Positions 48,831-61,721 of a DNA stretch of 63,982 nucleotides are shown piece by piece. Each line of letters begins with the position of its first letter. The first letter of the stretch is position 1. The notes below the pieces were generated by a model. The model was not told the DNA's origin. It worked only from the letters and a program-made list of their open reading frames with translations, and searched no databases. Source of the stretch: Sphyrna mokarran (Eukaryota); assembly GCA_024679065.1 (NCBI GenBank), contig JAGIQG010000040.1, forward strand, positions 6,882,019 to 6,946,000. Direction: 5' to 3'. The position numbers were made by a program, and so were the translations under genes.

Positions 48831-50533
48831 AAAGTGTGTATTCCATGGCCAATATTTATATCTTTTTGATCACATTAACTTATTTTTCATTGTGCCCCAG
48901 ATTTGTTTTTGGAAGGACTTTCTGTTACTGCACAAAGTATCTGTTGCTTTATTGTCCAGCCTTGTGGTTATTTAAGACTAATTTGCAGTTGGCATTTTTG
49001 AATAATTTTCATTCATTTTTTCCTTATTTTAGTCAGTTGCTTACATGGATTATTAAACTATTCAGGAAATCACTTTCCCGATTTGTTTTCTTCATTCACT
49101 TCAACGATTCCGACAATTACTTTCTTCCCAATTAGCTGGGCTCTCATTTACCTATGTGGAAGGTCGTCTACAATTTAATCCGTGCGCCTAAATTGTTATG
49201 CTCTTTTGTAATTCTATGTTACATCGACAATAATTAATATACCACTACTATTTCAGGATCAGAACATTTGGACATCTAATTTTTAATTGTGTTATCCAAA
49301 TCCTGAGGCATATAGTGAATCCCTGAGACCAAAGACTGCACATGCAGTCACTTCCATTGAAATCTCTTTCAGGTTCTATTCGGCTTTTAGCCAGTCTTCT
49401 ACTTCCTCATTGTTTTAATCAAGTCAAATATTTCCCTTTAATTTCATTCACAAACTGTAGTTTGAACACAGAAACTGTGTTTAAACACAGAGGTTTCAAA
49501 AAGAGAAGTGGAAAAATCATTTGGCCATGCAGGGTATTGATGCAAGACATTGAACTAACAGGTTAGGTTTTTGTAAACAAACTGCCATAGTCACGAGGGT
49601 CGATTGGTCTCATGCTGTGTTGTGTAATTTTATAATTTTATTGTTCAATTAATTTCTCTACAGCATTCCAAAATAATCTGTCCATTTTCTATCTTTGCAA
49701 AATAAGTTCCAGAATCTCAGCATAACTGCACAGTCTGAAATGTAGCATTGCTTACGTGTTTATGTAATGTGCTGGTTATCACACTCACCTTACACACAAA
49801 GGGCTCTACCTTCCGTTCAAATGCGGCAGTAATGTTGACAAATTATTTCAACTTCATACTGAGAAAAAGTTTAATTATTCGTTGATTTACCACTCATATT
49901 GAGTAATTTTATTTTTTATCATTGTAAATTAGGAGGTAAATTGTTAAAATGAAAAGAAAGAAAAGAAAAGAGAAAGAGCTATTATGAGACCAAGGCAGAA
50001 TGATTAAGTGACACAAGGGATAATGGACAAAACAACATTGACCTGTGATAGTGGAACCGGATGGTCCAGTGGTTCAGGGTTAATGATTTGCCAGCACATC
50101 TCGGGCTCAATTTATGCTGAATAATCTTTTTCTAAACAGATTATTTTACCTGAGAAACTTGTTTGTGTAAGAGGCCACTAGGAAGGCAATAGGTAAACTG
50201 TTCATTCTCAGCTCATTGGAAAGATCACGGCCAGCTTGTCCAGCGAATCCGTTAGGATTCGGGACTTTCACAGCTGTTCCATTCCCGGCTATGGCTGAAT
50301 TCGATTTCATCGCTATGTGAACTGTTACAATGAAGAGGAATTCCTCATTGAATGAAACAAAGATAAGAGCGTTTGCTATTCAGAGTTAATCCTCCATCAA
50401 ACAAGCGGTAAATAAATCCTTTTCGACAATTACAAGGACCTTGCGGTATAGCGTTATATTCCTGTTGTCATGTACTGCATTCTAACTCAGTGTTCATATC
50501 ACGCAGGACAATAGTAAGCTTGACAGTTTAGTT

Positions 50534-50614
50534 GGTGATATGGCTCAATGGTTTAAGGTGCTGGCTTTCGGATTAAATTTGTCGGGACGCTGGGTTTGAA
50601 TCCCATCACTGATA
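50534..50614 (+). pseudogene. tRNA-Leu-like pseudogene
   Basis: GGTGATATGGCTCAATGGTTTAAGGTGCTGG...TGGGTTTGAATCCCATCACTG aligns with vertebrate tRNA-Leu(AAG/TAG): A box, long variable arm, B box. Stems are mismatched. Confidence 0.65.
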
Positions 50615-50725
50615 AAATAATTTGTCAGCCTAGCCAGTTCAGCGAATACCTCTTGTAATAAGTTAATGTCTATAGTGCTGAGAAGAATTCGATGTACCAA
50701 CAAACCGTCAATAACATCACATGGG

Positions 50726-51012
50726 TCATAGAACCATACAATCCTACAGTGCAGAAGGAAGTCACTTGGCCCATACCACCCCCAAGACCAATCTTGCAAC
50801 TCCACACGTTTACACCACTGACACTAAGGTCAATTTAGCATGGCCAACTTACCTAACCCACACATCTTGATACTGCAGGTGGACACAGGAGAAAACCCAC
50901 ACCGACAAGGCGAGAAAGTGCAGACTCCACACAGATAGTGACCAAAGCTGGAACTGAACCCGGGTCCCTGGAACGAAAACAAAGCTAACAACAGAGCTAT
51001 TATGCCATCCCA
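50726..51012 (-). mobile_element. HE1-type SINE, internally deleted
   Basis: caatttagcatggccaa...gactccacacagatagtgacc...gaacccgggtccctgg. Confidence 0.8.
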
Positions 51013-53429
51013 GTTAAAAACTCAACTCCTGGCCTTTTGTCAGCCGAAGGAACACTGAGCCAATCTTATCTTTACAAATAATAAATTGCTTATTGTCCAA
51101 TGTTATGAAGTATCAAAGGAAACACCGTTGCTGTTGTGTCATCAGATAATATCTGTGAACAATGTGAGGGGATCTGCCTTTTATTTAGTCCAGGTCTGTG
51201 TTTGGATTATTCTATGTTCTGGATTATTTAACTTGAGCTCCGTATTTCTTGGGTACCTCAAGGTAGCCAAAGAATTACTGCCCGCTCCTCCCTGCAGTGG
51301 GTGTGACTAGTGAGTCATATTTCACTGTATTTATTGCCTTCGTCCATGAAACCCGTCTATTAACACAATTCTATGTAAACGTCCTGCTTTGTCCCTTCTA
51401 ATGCATTGGGAAGACATCCCGCTCCCGTCTGATAGCCGCTCTCTACTCCCCACCACCAGAAATTGGATTACTCTTCCCCCTCTGCTGAAACCACCTTCTC
51501 CATCCTTATCCCGCCACCCCTTCCCCCCCGCACACTCCCAGCCACTTCGATGCTTACCGCCTCAGTGACTGCAGAATCTTGCTTAAGTCAATAATAAAAT
51601 AAAAATAAAACTTTTCAGACTCACAGTGAATTCCAAATCAGCTCACCCAACACCTACAGTCTGCAGAACAGATACAGCATAGTAATCCAGATAAGAAAAA
51701 TTAGGTTCAAAATCGTTGGTAACATTGCATCTCCCTAATATAAATCTGGAAAAGTGATAAAATGAGACCTCTGACCTATTGGTGAACTTGGATTCTTGCT
51801 TTTCGACTTTAAATCAACTCAGACCGAACAGGTGAAGCCATTCTATCTTGTGTCTCGAGTCGTTAAAAGTGCTGCATCGTTTTCCCAGAATCCCGACTGA
51901 CGGCTTCTCGTGTTCTCAGTCTGAAATCTGAGTTAATTTTGTCCGCCTTCTTTACAGTTGACGGTTCTTATTCTAACTCTAGGAGGCTACGAAGAAATAT
52001 ATCTCACGTTATCTAAGTTCCGTGTCAGTGGCAAATCGATTTCACCGATAACTGACCGTTATCATCGAGCTCATATTGAGGCAAATACCTATTAGTTTGA
52101 GGGATCAATTTCAGTTTAGGGACAATAAGTGTGCAACATCCATGCTGTCCTGTTTTTTTTTCAATCGCAGGTTATTCTGTTTGGTTCACTGTTCCTTTTA
52201 CTTTTGAACGATTCATGGCCATCACTTGTAAGAAACTGCTAATGAAATACTGCGCTGAGAAAGCAGCAGCAGTAGTTTTCGGAACAGTGGATCAGTCAGT
52301 CTAAAGAACACTTTCTGGAACTTCACATACGAAGATCAATAGCGGCTTTCCAATAACTCCCTACTTAAGAGTTGTAGATGTTGATATCATTACTCACCAG
52401 CGTGGGGCGCAGTTGCAACTTACATTATATTTTAACCCCATTTATTCATTTACTTTTGATTCTGCTTCTCAATGTGTTCACCGTTAAACACAGTTGAGTG
52501 TCAAGCAAAATCCGCAGGAGACTTCGGAGACACAACACAGGGGAGAGTCCAACTGTCCCAGAGACAGAGAAGTGAAGACAATCCATCAAATTACTGTTTG
52601 TTCTATCAGGCAGTTTTACCCTGTTATGATCAGTGTTCATGTTTTATCGTTTATAAGACCGATTGTATCTTTTAAATTTAATTCAATTGAATCTAACAAT
52701 TTTTGTTCAGGGTCTGGGATTTATGTTCCAACTCCTAATCTGCTGCAACAATGCATGTATTTATGCAGTGACCCAGTTACAATTCAGCAAGGAACTGAAG
52801 GGTGTGGTGTATTTTCCATTTACTGGAATTATGAAATTCATTAAACAGTGAACGAATATTACATTATCACAGATGTTTATCTGATATTATGCACAAATCC
52901 TCATCTTAGTCAGACACACAAGCTTGTTTTATTCAGCCTGGAAAATCCATGCCGAGACATTGTAGAAATAAGAAATTAAGCCTTTTCAGTTCCGAGGGAC
53001 AGTGAATCTGAATCGGCTAATTTGGTCTAATTCAGTACAGACTGGGCAGATTATGCTCCAGAATAGAATATCCTCATATGAGTGTGGTTAGTGACTGTAG
53101 CATTTTGCATCAGCTCGAACAGAGATCCCTCAACGAAAAATCCGCCACCTCACCTCTCCCCCAAACCTCAAGTTACCCCTTTTTCTCATGCTCACCGTAA
53201 TCTCATTTCTGTTCCCATTCACTACGTTCCCCCATTGATGTATAGTCACTATTAAATCAAGTGATGATGAATTCACGGAATTGGTACCAGATTAATGAAT
53301 GTCGCATGGCGTGTAAGTATGAGTGCGGTATGAAGGAGGAATAATGGGGCAACAGTGACCATTAAATATTTGTCCTAAACTTCCATGGAGTTACAGTCAG
53401 AGTCAGACTGTAGTCGGGATGGGATATTT

Positions 53430-53820
53430 GAAGTCTTTCAGAACAGGCTGTTCCTTCGTCAGTTGGGTGGGAGTTCTGGTCACGAACAGGGCACAACGAC
53501 ACAAACTCAATTTACACGAATAATGATTAGAATGTGGATCTTTATAACTAATTAAGTCTTAAAGGTACAGACAATGTGAGTGGAGAGAGCATTAAGAACA
53601 GGTTAAAAAGATGTGTTTTGTTTCCAGACCGGAAAGTTAGTGAGATTTTGCAAGTCCAGGCAAGTTGTGGGAGTTACAAATAGTGTGACGTGACCCAATA
53701 TCTCGATTGAGGCCCAAGTTCCTCATGTGTGCAGAACTTCGCTAAGGAACTCAGCAAAGGAATACCTGTTCCGAAAGCTAGTGGCATTTGCTAAAAATAA
53801 GCCCGTGGAACTTTAAATTA
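53430..53820 (-). mobile_element. Penelope 3'/pLTR remnant with inverted piece
   Basis: Similar to the reverse complement of 38935-39230. Decayed hammerhead halves ccttcgtcag (minus) and ttccgaaagct (plus). Confidence 0.65.
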
Positions 53821-53824
53821 GTAA

Positions 53825-55205
53825 TAGAAGGCGCAGGTTAGCAGTGGAACGGTGTATTTCCGTTTGGAATGCTATGACTAGTGACATTTCTCAGGGATCA
53901 GTGCTGGGACCTTTTCTGGTGTAACATATATAAATGGTTTGGAGGAAAATGTTTGATTAGTAAGTTTGTGGATGACAGAACGGTTAGTTGAATTGCGGAT
54001 AGAGATAAGAACTATCAAAGGAGACAACCAGATATCGATCAGTTGGAGGCTTGAACAAAGAGATGCCAAATGGAATTTTATCTGGACAAATGTGAGGTAA
54101 TGAAATTTGGAAGGTGTTTTAGTTGTTTTTTTTTTATCCCAATTCAATCCAATGAAGTCCAATTCAGAGTCACAACAAGCTGAGACATTTCCAATCCAAA
54201 CTGACAAGACAGGACTCTCACCTCCTGGGCTTGATCTACATGATTCAATCTGATTGGAGTAGACATAACGCCTCCTCCAAGACTTGATCTCATTTGCATC
54301 CTAGCCAAAAGGCCGAGATGCTGCTTTTAAAAATTGCTTCAAACAAGCTGAAATGTAACCTAAAGACTTCAACCAAGCACAGCATGCCGATACTACACTT
54401 GATCTTAGCCAAAAGGCCAAGAATTTTGTAAAGTCTAATAAGATGCAAAATATAGTATAAATGACAAAATCCTTACGATAATTGAAAGGCAGAAGGATCT
54501 GGGTGTACAGCTGCACACGTCACTGAGAGTGGCATGCAGATGGATAAGCTGAAGAAGACAGCATATGTCATACTTGCCTTCATCGGCTGGGGCATTGAAT
54601 TAATAAAATTGGCAAGAAATGTTGCAGTTTTATAGTACTTTAAATAGGTCACAATTCGAATATAGTGTTCAATTCTGGTCACCACACTTCCTGAAGGACG
54701 TGGAAGCTTTGGAGAGGGTACAGAAAAGATTTACCAGGATGTTGCCTGGAATGGAAGGCAATAGCTATGAGGAGAGGTTGGAGAAACTTGGTTTGCAATC
54801 ACTGAAACAACGGAGGTTGAGGGGTGACCTGATAGAATCTACAAGATTATGAGGCGCATGGATAGAGTGGATAATTAGAACCTTTTTCTAGAGTGGAAGA
54901 ATCAATTACTCGGGGGGCATAGCTTTAAGGTGTGAGAGGCAAGGTTTAAAGGACAAATATGAGGTAAGCCTATTACATAGAGGGTGGTAAGTGCCTGGAA
55001 CTTGCTGCCTGGGAAGTGGAAGCAGATATGGTAGTGACGTTTAAGGGGCGCGTCGACAAATACATGAATAGGATGGGAATAGATAGATATAGTCACCGGA
55101 AGGAGAGGAGTTTTAGTTCAGCATAGGAGCATGGTCGGTGCAGGCTTGGAGAGCCGAAAGGTCTGTTCCTGTACTATAAATTTCTTTGTTCTTTGTTCTT
55201 TGTTA
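53825..55205 (+). mobile_element. Decayed CR1 3' half interrupted by the U2-headed element
   Basis: ORF 54619-54852 (QFWSPHFLKDVEALERVQKRFTR). (GTTCTTT)n tail at ~55181-55204. Confidence 0.88.
54116..54423 (-). mobile_element. U2 snRNA-headed short retroposon with A-rich tail
   Basis: 54389-54423 = U2 nt 6-40 with one mismatch. Second U2-like unit at 54282-54318. Poly(A) at ~54126-54135 (minus strand). Degenerate TSD aatttggaaggt / aattttgtaaagt. Confidence 0.8.
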
Positions 55206-55366
55206 GAAGAGAATGCAGTTGAATAGTTTGTTAGAAACTGACACAATCTTCAGGAAAGAGGTTTCTCTGAATAAACGGATAACTCATTCTTTCATGTCAT
55301 GGGAAATAAAGAATTGTATTTAACCCCGAATCTCCTCAACTCTCTTTCAGTGTCTTGTGATGCCGT

Positions 55367-55660
55367 GGGCGGCACACAGACAGAGTGGTTAGCATTGCTG
55401 CGCAGGGAGCCAGTTTCAATTTCAGCCTTGGCCACTGTCTATCGATTTTGCATTTTTTCCCTGTATCTGCGTGAGTTTCCTGTGGGTGCTCCTGTTTTGT
55501 CCCACAGTGCAACAATGTGCGGGTTAGGATGATTGGCCATGCTCAGTTGAACCTAGTGCCAAGATGATTAATGGGATAAATATTTTTGTGAAATGAGTCC
55601 AGGGTGGCGCAGAGTTGTGGGGCCGAATGGCCTCCTTCTGAATCAGAGAGATTCTCTGAT
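55367..55660 (+). mobile_element. HE1-type SINE
   Basis: gggcggcacacag..gtggttagcattgctg head and gggccgaatggcctccttctg tail. Confidence 0.8.
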
Positions 55661-55959
55661 GACAGAGCTCACCATCTGCTGGAGGATCATAACTACTGCA
55701 GGTATTGGCCTTTGTGAGTTTCCAAGAAGTTCTGCGACTTGCTGTCACATCGGAACCTGTTGCTGACATATGAACATTGAAGAATACTGTCAAGAAGTCA
55801 AGTTTTCAGCAGGACTTCACTTGGTGCACTTTTCTTTTATAAAAAGACATTGCACATGAGTTCTGTTCTGCTTTCCATTTATGGAGTTATTGCTTATTGT
55901 ATCCCTGATTATTTCAGACTGCAATGTGTACATTCAACGCACTGATCAGACAGAACCGT

Positions 55960-56420
55960 CAGAAATAGAAGCAGGAGTAGACCATTCAGGTGTTCGAGCC
56001 TGCTCCACCATTCATTTTGATTATGACTGATCATCAAAATTAACAACCTGAGCCGCCCTTCTCCCAATGCCCTTTATCCCAATAGCCCAAGAACTGTATT
56101 CAATATCTTATTGAAATCACGCAATTTCTTGTCCTCAGCTACTTTCTGTGGTAGTGAATTTCCCGGATTCATCACTCTCTGGGTGAATAAATCCCTCCTT
56201 TGCCTCAGTCAAGAAAGGTTTACTCCTTATCCTCAAAATATGACCTCTAGTTCTGGATTCTCCCACCATTGGGAACGTTTTGTTTCCTGAATCAAATCTG
56301 TCTAATCTTTTTAGAATTTTATAAGTTTCTTTGAGATCCCCTCTCACTCTTCTCAAATCCGCTGAATATGATCCTAACTAACTTAATCTTTTGTCACATT
56401 ACAGGCCTGTCATCGGTGCT
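55960..56420 (-). mobile_element. Decayed CR1 3' end
   Basis: ORF 56135-56356 (RRVRGDLKETYKIL..SRTRGH). Confidence 0.85.
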
Positions 56421-59400
56421 ATCAACATGCAGAATCAGGAACTGACTAAATGTCGATCACCAATCCAGATAGGATAATTAGATGTGGGAAATCCAAATAG
56501 GTATTGTATGATAATACACTAGATTGACTTATAAATTGGCCAACTTTATTCTGATCCATTGATTGATTGGGCAATGCATACGTTATTGTACTTACGTCTC
56601 CGAGCTGGCAAAGCAGACAACGGAATGATTGCATTTCACTGCGAAGAGCATTAAAAAATCAGCAAAAGAAGATCAGGAGGAAGGTTTACCAAAAGACTAA
56701 AATCATTATTATGACTGATTCACATTTTGTGGCAGTTTGGCTTGGAAGATGATGTTAGGACAGATACTAAAGACGAAATGTTGATTGTTGAATATGTAAA
56801 TTTGTTACCGCAACTCAACACATTTTTGACTGTGGAGAAATTAGACCTAATCCATTTTACAGAAGAGTATTAGGTATTAGCAGTTGTGCAGCACGAAGAG
56901 AATGTTTGGGAAATTAAATAATATTTTGATGAGTATACCAGAGGAAAATGATTAATGAACATATAAGTCTGGATTGAAAATCCAATTCCTGACAAAGGGA
57001 TGGAATGGATGGGTGTGAAAGGCAGAAACCTGGATGTTTTACTCAACATTATATCACCTGCTCATAGAAAGTGCTGGAACATATCATAACGATTTTGCCA
57101 TTGTGGTGTTGATTAACCCTCTTGAAGATGCCTTTAAGACATTCAAAACTTCCTCCTATACAGTCTTTATTTCTGACAGGCAGGGTAAGGTTCCGCTGTG
57201 AAGTGTGTGAGGGTGATCGTAGCTACATTTCTGTTTGCCAGTCGCTGAATTTTGTTTGGACATTTATCTTGTGGATAAATGTCCTTCAGTGGATGAGAAC
57301 TGCGTCCATATTGGAAATGTACATTAAACAGTTAACTTGGCCAGTGATGCAGTGGACCATGACCACAACAGGATTGATGGTACATAGTTTTTATTTATTA
57401 TCAGTCACAAGTAGGCTGACATTAACACTGCAATGAAGTTACAAGCAATCACGAGCGGAAGGGTGCAAATAAATCTTGCCACAGCTGAACCCAGAGAATT
57501 AGAATGCCCAGAGAGAAATCGAGTCAAGGTGGCGAAATGTAGTATTCCTGTTGAGAAATAAGAATGATGGCAGAATTGATTCCTCAAGCCATTTTTGCGT
57601 ACAATGTCTGCGAATGTCCCCACTGGTATAGATAGCATTTGATCAAGTTTCCAGAAGGAGGAGAGAAGCAGGATAAAAATTTTAAAATCCTGAAGATTAA
57701 TGTTAAATGTTGCATTAATGATTTCAGAATGGACAAACGCAGTTATGAGAATTCCATCCTGGCATCATGGGAAATTAACAGAATTCTACTCGGGTAATTG
57801 AAACCTTGACCAATGATATCTCCAAAGGCGGCTGACCCAGCAGTTACAACAACACCAGCTTTCATATACACCAGTGGTTGAACAGGACAAAACAGATGAT
57901 TTGGGGAAACAGAAGGGCCATAACCAAGGCCATAACATAAAATGGTGAGATATTGGGAATATCCATTGACTGAACAGTATGGCTAGTTAAATAACTCATT
58001 GAGAAAATCTTTCGAATAGAAGGGAGACAAGAGGTGTAAATGTGTTATATGCCCTGTGCAATGGAAAGGCATTTTAACAGATTTTACGTTTCTCTCTCAC
58101 TCTCTCTCTCTCTAGCATTTGCGTGTCTTATAGATATTGTTGTCTGAAACTGACAGGCTTGAGTGGTCTCACCTTTTGCTACAACAATTCAAAAACATGG
58201 CCAATTCATTTTGAACTCATCTTGAATTCTAGTTGCCTTGATTTTTTTAAGAAGAATTTTTTTTACCATTCTCTCAACAGAACTGATATCCACAGTCCCT
58301 ACTAAATATCATTTTTAAGAATGCGATCTCTTCTTAAAGTGTGGTACCTGGGCCTGAACAAAATACGCAAGCGGATATATTATCATGTATTAATAAAGGT
58401 TTGATAGAACTTTCTTGAGATTTGTAATCGATTGCTTTATTAATAAAACTAAAATTCGCGCTTGTTTTATAAAAAACGCTTCTTGTTTTTATACGAGAAT
58501 TTGTTTTTGACTGTGAGAATCCCGAAGCTGCCTGTCCTTGCTCCCACTTTAAACTGGATCTTTTCACGGTATCCACAGTTTTCTCGCTCATCGTTCGCCA
58601 AAGCAACTTCTCGGTAGAAATTAACAGAGTTTACATTGTTAGCTGTTCAGCCATTATTATTCATATGCCAACTGTTGGGTGTGTCAGTAGTGATACCATT
58701 GTATTGCACGTTTCTTTGCTTTTTGCTTGTTATCCATCTGTGCGAACCCCATTTCAACCACCCTCCGTTCCCGCCTCCCAAATTACATGGTTCACCGGAA
58801 ATATCAGTCTAAGTTGCAGGTGTTAAAACAAATCAACATGGGGCGGTTTGGTCCCCAATTTACATATTTTGTGTTCCATTTCACGTGAGCTGAATATTAC
58901 GATTATGAAATAGTTCATAAATTCTGCATCGCTACTTCTTTATAATTGTAAGTCAATTAACTGAATTGAGGCTAGTTGATGGACAAAGAGTAATAGTATT
59001 TGATAATCACATTTACCAGTAATTCGTTACGCAAATACACTCATTTGTGATCTAACCTTTTGGTTAAAAAACTATAATTGTATCAGTAACTGAAAACTAG
59101 CGCTCAGTTCTCAGAATGCAAGTTACTTTCACATTACTGAACATGGTTGAGCAATCATCTGCCTCATATCCGTAGATATCAGAATCATATAACTGATGGA
59201 ATTGAAAACGTGTTGAATTGATATTGTCTTATTCTACTGTGATTGCATTCTTTCTAATTCTTTGACCGATTTTTACAGATACAAATATTTAAACAGTCAC
59301 TAATCTGTACATCCGACGAATCCATTTTTAGACCCTTGCTGACGGTTCGTTTCAATTAAGATGTGAAGTATGTTATACACTATTGTCAGCTATTTGGCAA

Positions 59401-60595
59401 GAAAAAAAATGTGGAACTAAGATGTTTACAAAGGGGTATTTTCAGTTGCCTGCCCCACAATCTATTCTTCACGGTCACTCGCTTTTACAGCAACTTCTGT
59501 CTGAGAAATTGAAGAGGAACCGAATTAGTATTTGGGCGCGCTCAGCAATATATCTGAGATAAAGCCATTTAAGTGACACGGACAGAAAATAGCATAGGCT
59601 GAGTTGCATAACATTGGTTCACTCTGTACCTATCGCAAGCTAACTGTTTTTTCATAAATAACGATAATTTGGGCTGTGACTAAAATGGGAGCACATATTT
59701 TCTATCGGTTGGTGACATGAAAGCAGAGATAAGCGCATCTACTTGGAAGGAGAGAATCAGTTCCTTGTTTTAGTTCCTTATGACACGAAACCGCAGGTTA
59801 TTAGTAACATCGGAGCGAAATCCCCCTGCATATTGCGGTGAATGTCGCTGACAACGATTGGTTGTGTGTGTATATATATAGCATTACTGAAATAATACAT
59901 ATATATATATATAGCATTTTTTACTACCGCATGATATTTCACTCCACATCACCAGCTATCAGTATTTTTTAAAAAGACAAATAACATCTAAAGAATAAGA
60001 AATACCCATGGAGAAAATGTGCAAGTCAATACATTTGTGCTCTGAGATAATGCCGTCTTTCACTGGACTTCCATTCATTGAGTCATGTTCCTGAAACATT
60101 CATCAATCAAAAATAAAAATCTCTGACACTTAACTGTATTACGATTCCTACGATGAGCGCAAATTCCGGTTGTGCTTGGATATGATTCACTTTCAGGTTT
60201 TCAGGGAGAACCTGATTATTTTATTGAGAAATTTAATAATTGTGACACTCCGTTAGACGTGAATACAACTGGAGTGACGAAACCTCAGAAAAAATAAGTA
60301 AATTTTGCATTGAGATGTCAGGAGACCATATCTTAGGAATGAAAAAAGCCTCTGTCCCTCAATAAGGCGGCCATAGACAGAATGGGAAGTGTATGAAAGC
60401 TCGTCTCCTTATCAACGTATGACGAGATAAACGAGGATAGAGCCAATACTGGGCATGGGCGTCCCAATCGTTTCAATGGTATTATTAATGCTGGGATTAT
60501 ATAATTTGGATAAACTTCAGCCATGAACAATAAATGAGTTAATTAGTTGTCGTGATTCACTCATCCTTAGCAATCTCAGTGCCAATAAGAGAATT

Positions 60596-61721
60596 ATAGA
60601 ACATAGAACATAGAACATTACAGCACAGAACAGGCCCTTCGGCCTTCGATGTTGTGCCGACCAAAATAAAAAGCAATGCCCCTCCAAACTAAACCATTCC
60701 CTTCTCTTCCATATACTTATCAATTAACCTCTTAAACGCCACCAAACTTGGCGCATCTACAACAGCTGCAGGCAGGGCATTCCACTCCCTAATCACTCTT
60801 TGAGTAAAGAACCTACCTCTGATATCCGTCCTATAACTCATACCCCTTAATTTAAAGCTGTGTCCCCTCGTGCTAGCTTTCTCCATCCTAGGAAAAAGGC
60901 TATCACTGTCCACCCTATCTAAACCTCTAATCATCTTATATGCTTCAATAAGATCCCCTCTTAGCCGCCTCCTTTCTAACGAAAACAACCTCAAATCCTT
61001 CAACCTCTCTTCATAGGACCTGCCCTCCATACCAGGCAACATCCTGGTAAACCTCCTCTGTACCCTCTCCAATGCCTCCACATCTTTCTTATAATGTGGG
61101 GACCAGAACTGCACACAATACTCCAAGTGCGGCCGCACTAGAGTTTTGTACAGTTGCAACATGATGCTGCGGCTCCTAAATTCAATCCCCCTACCAATAA
61201 AAGCTAAGACTCCATATGCCTTCTTAACAACTTTATCCACTTGACTGCCTACTTTCAGGGATCTATTGACACATACACCAAGATCCTTCTGTTCCTCAAC
61301 ACTATTAAGAGCCCTACCATTAGCCCTATACTCTACACATTTATTGTTCCTGCCAAAGTGCATTACCTCACACTTTTCCACATTAAACTCCATTTGCCAC
61401 CTCTCGGCCCAGCTCTGCAACTTGTCCAAGTCACTCTGTAAACTATAACACCCCTCTTCACTATCTACCACTCCACCGACTTTAGTGTCATCTGCAAATT
61501 TACTGATCCATCCCTCAATACCCTCATCCAGATCATTTATAAAAATTACAAACAGCAGGGGCCCCAAAACAGACCCCTGAGGCACACCACTCGTCACCGA
61601 ACTCCACGATGAATATCTCCCATCAACCACCACCCTCTGTCTTCTATCTGCCAGCCAATTCCTAATCCAATTAGCTAAATCACCCTCTATTCCACACATC
61701 TGCATTTTCTGTAGAAGTCTT
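60596..61721 (-). mobile_element. Young 5'-truncated CR1
   Basis: ORF 60689-61843 is CR1 RT from RLLQKMQ onward. The first ~40 aa are flanking DNA read in frame. Confidence 0.96.

Noticed and set aside
51260-51271. AAGGTAGCCAAA, 12-nt match to the R2 28S target site
   Set aside because: No further rDNA similarity and no element inserted. Likely chance.
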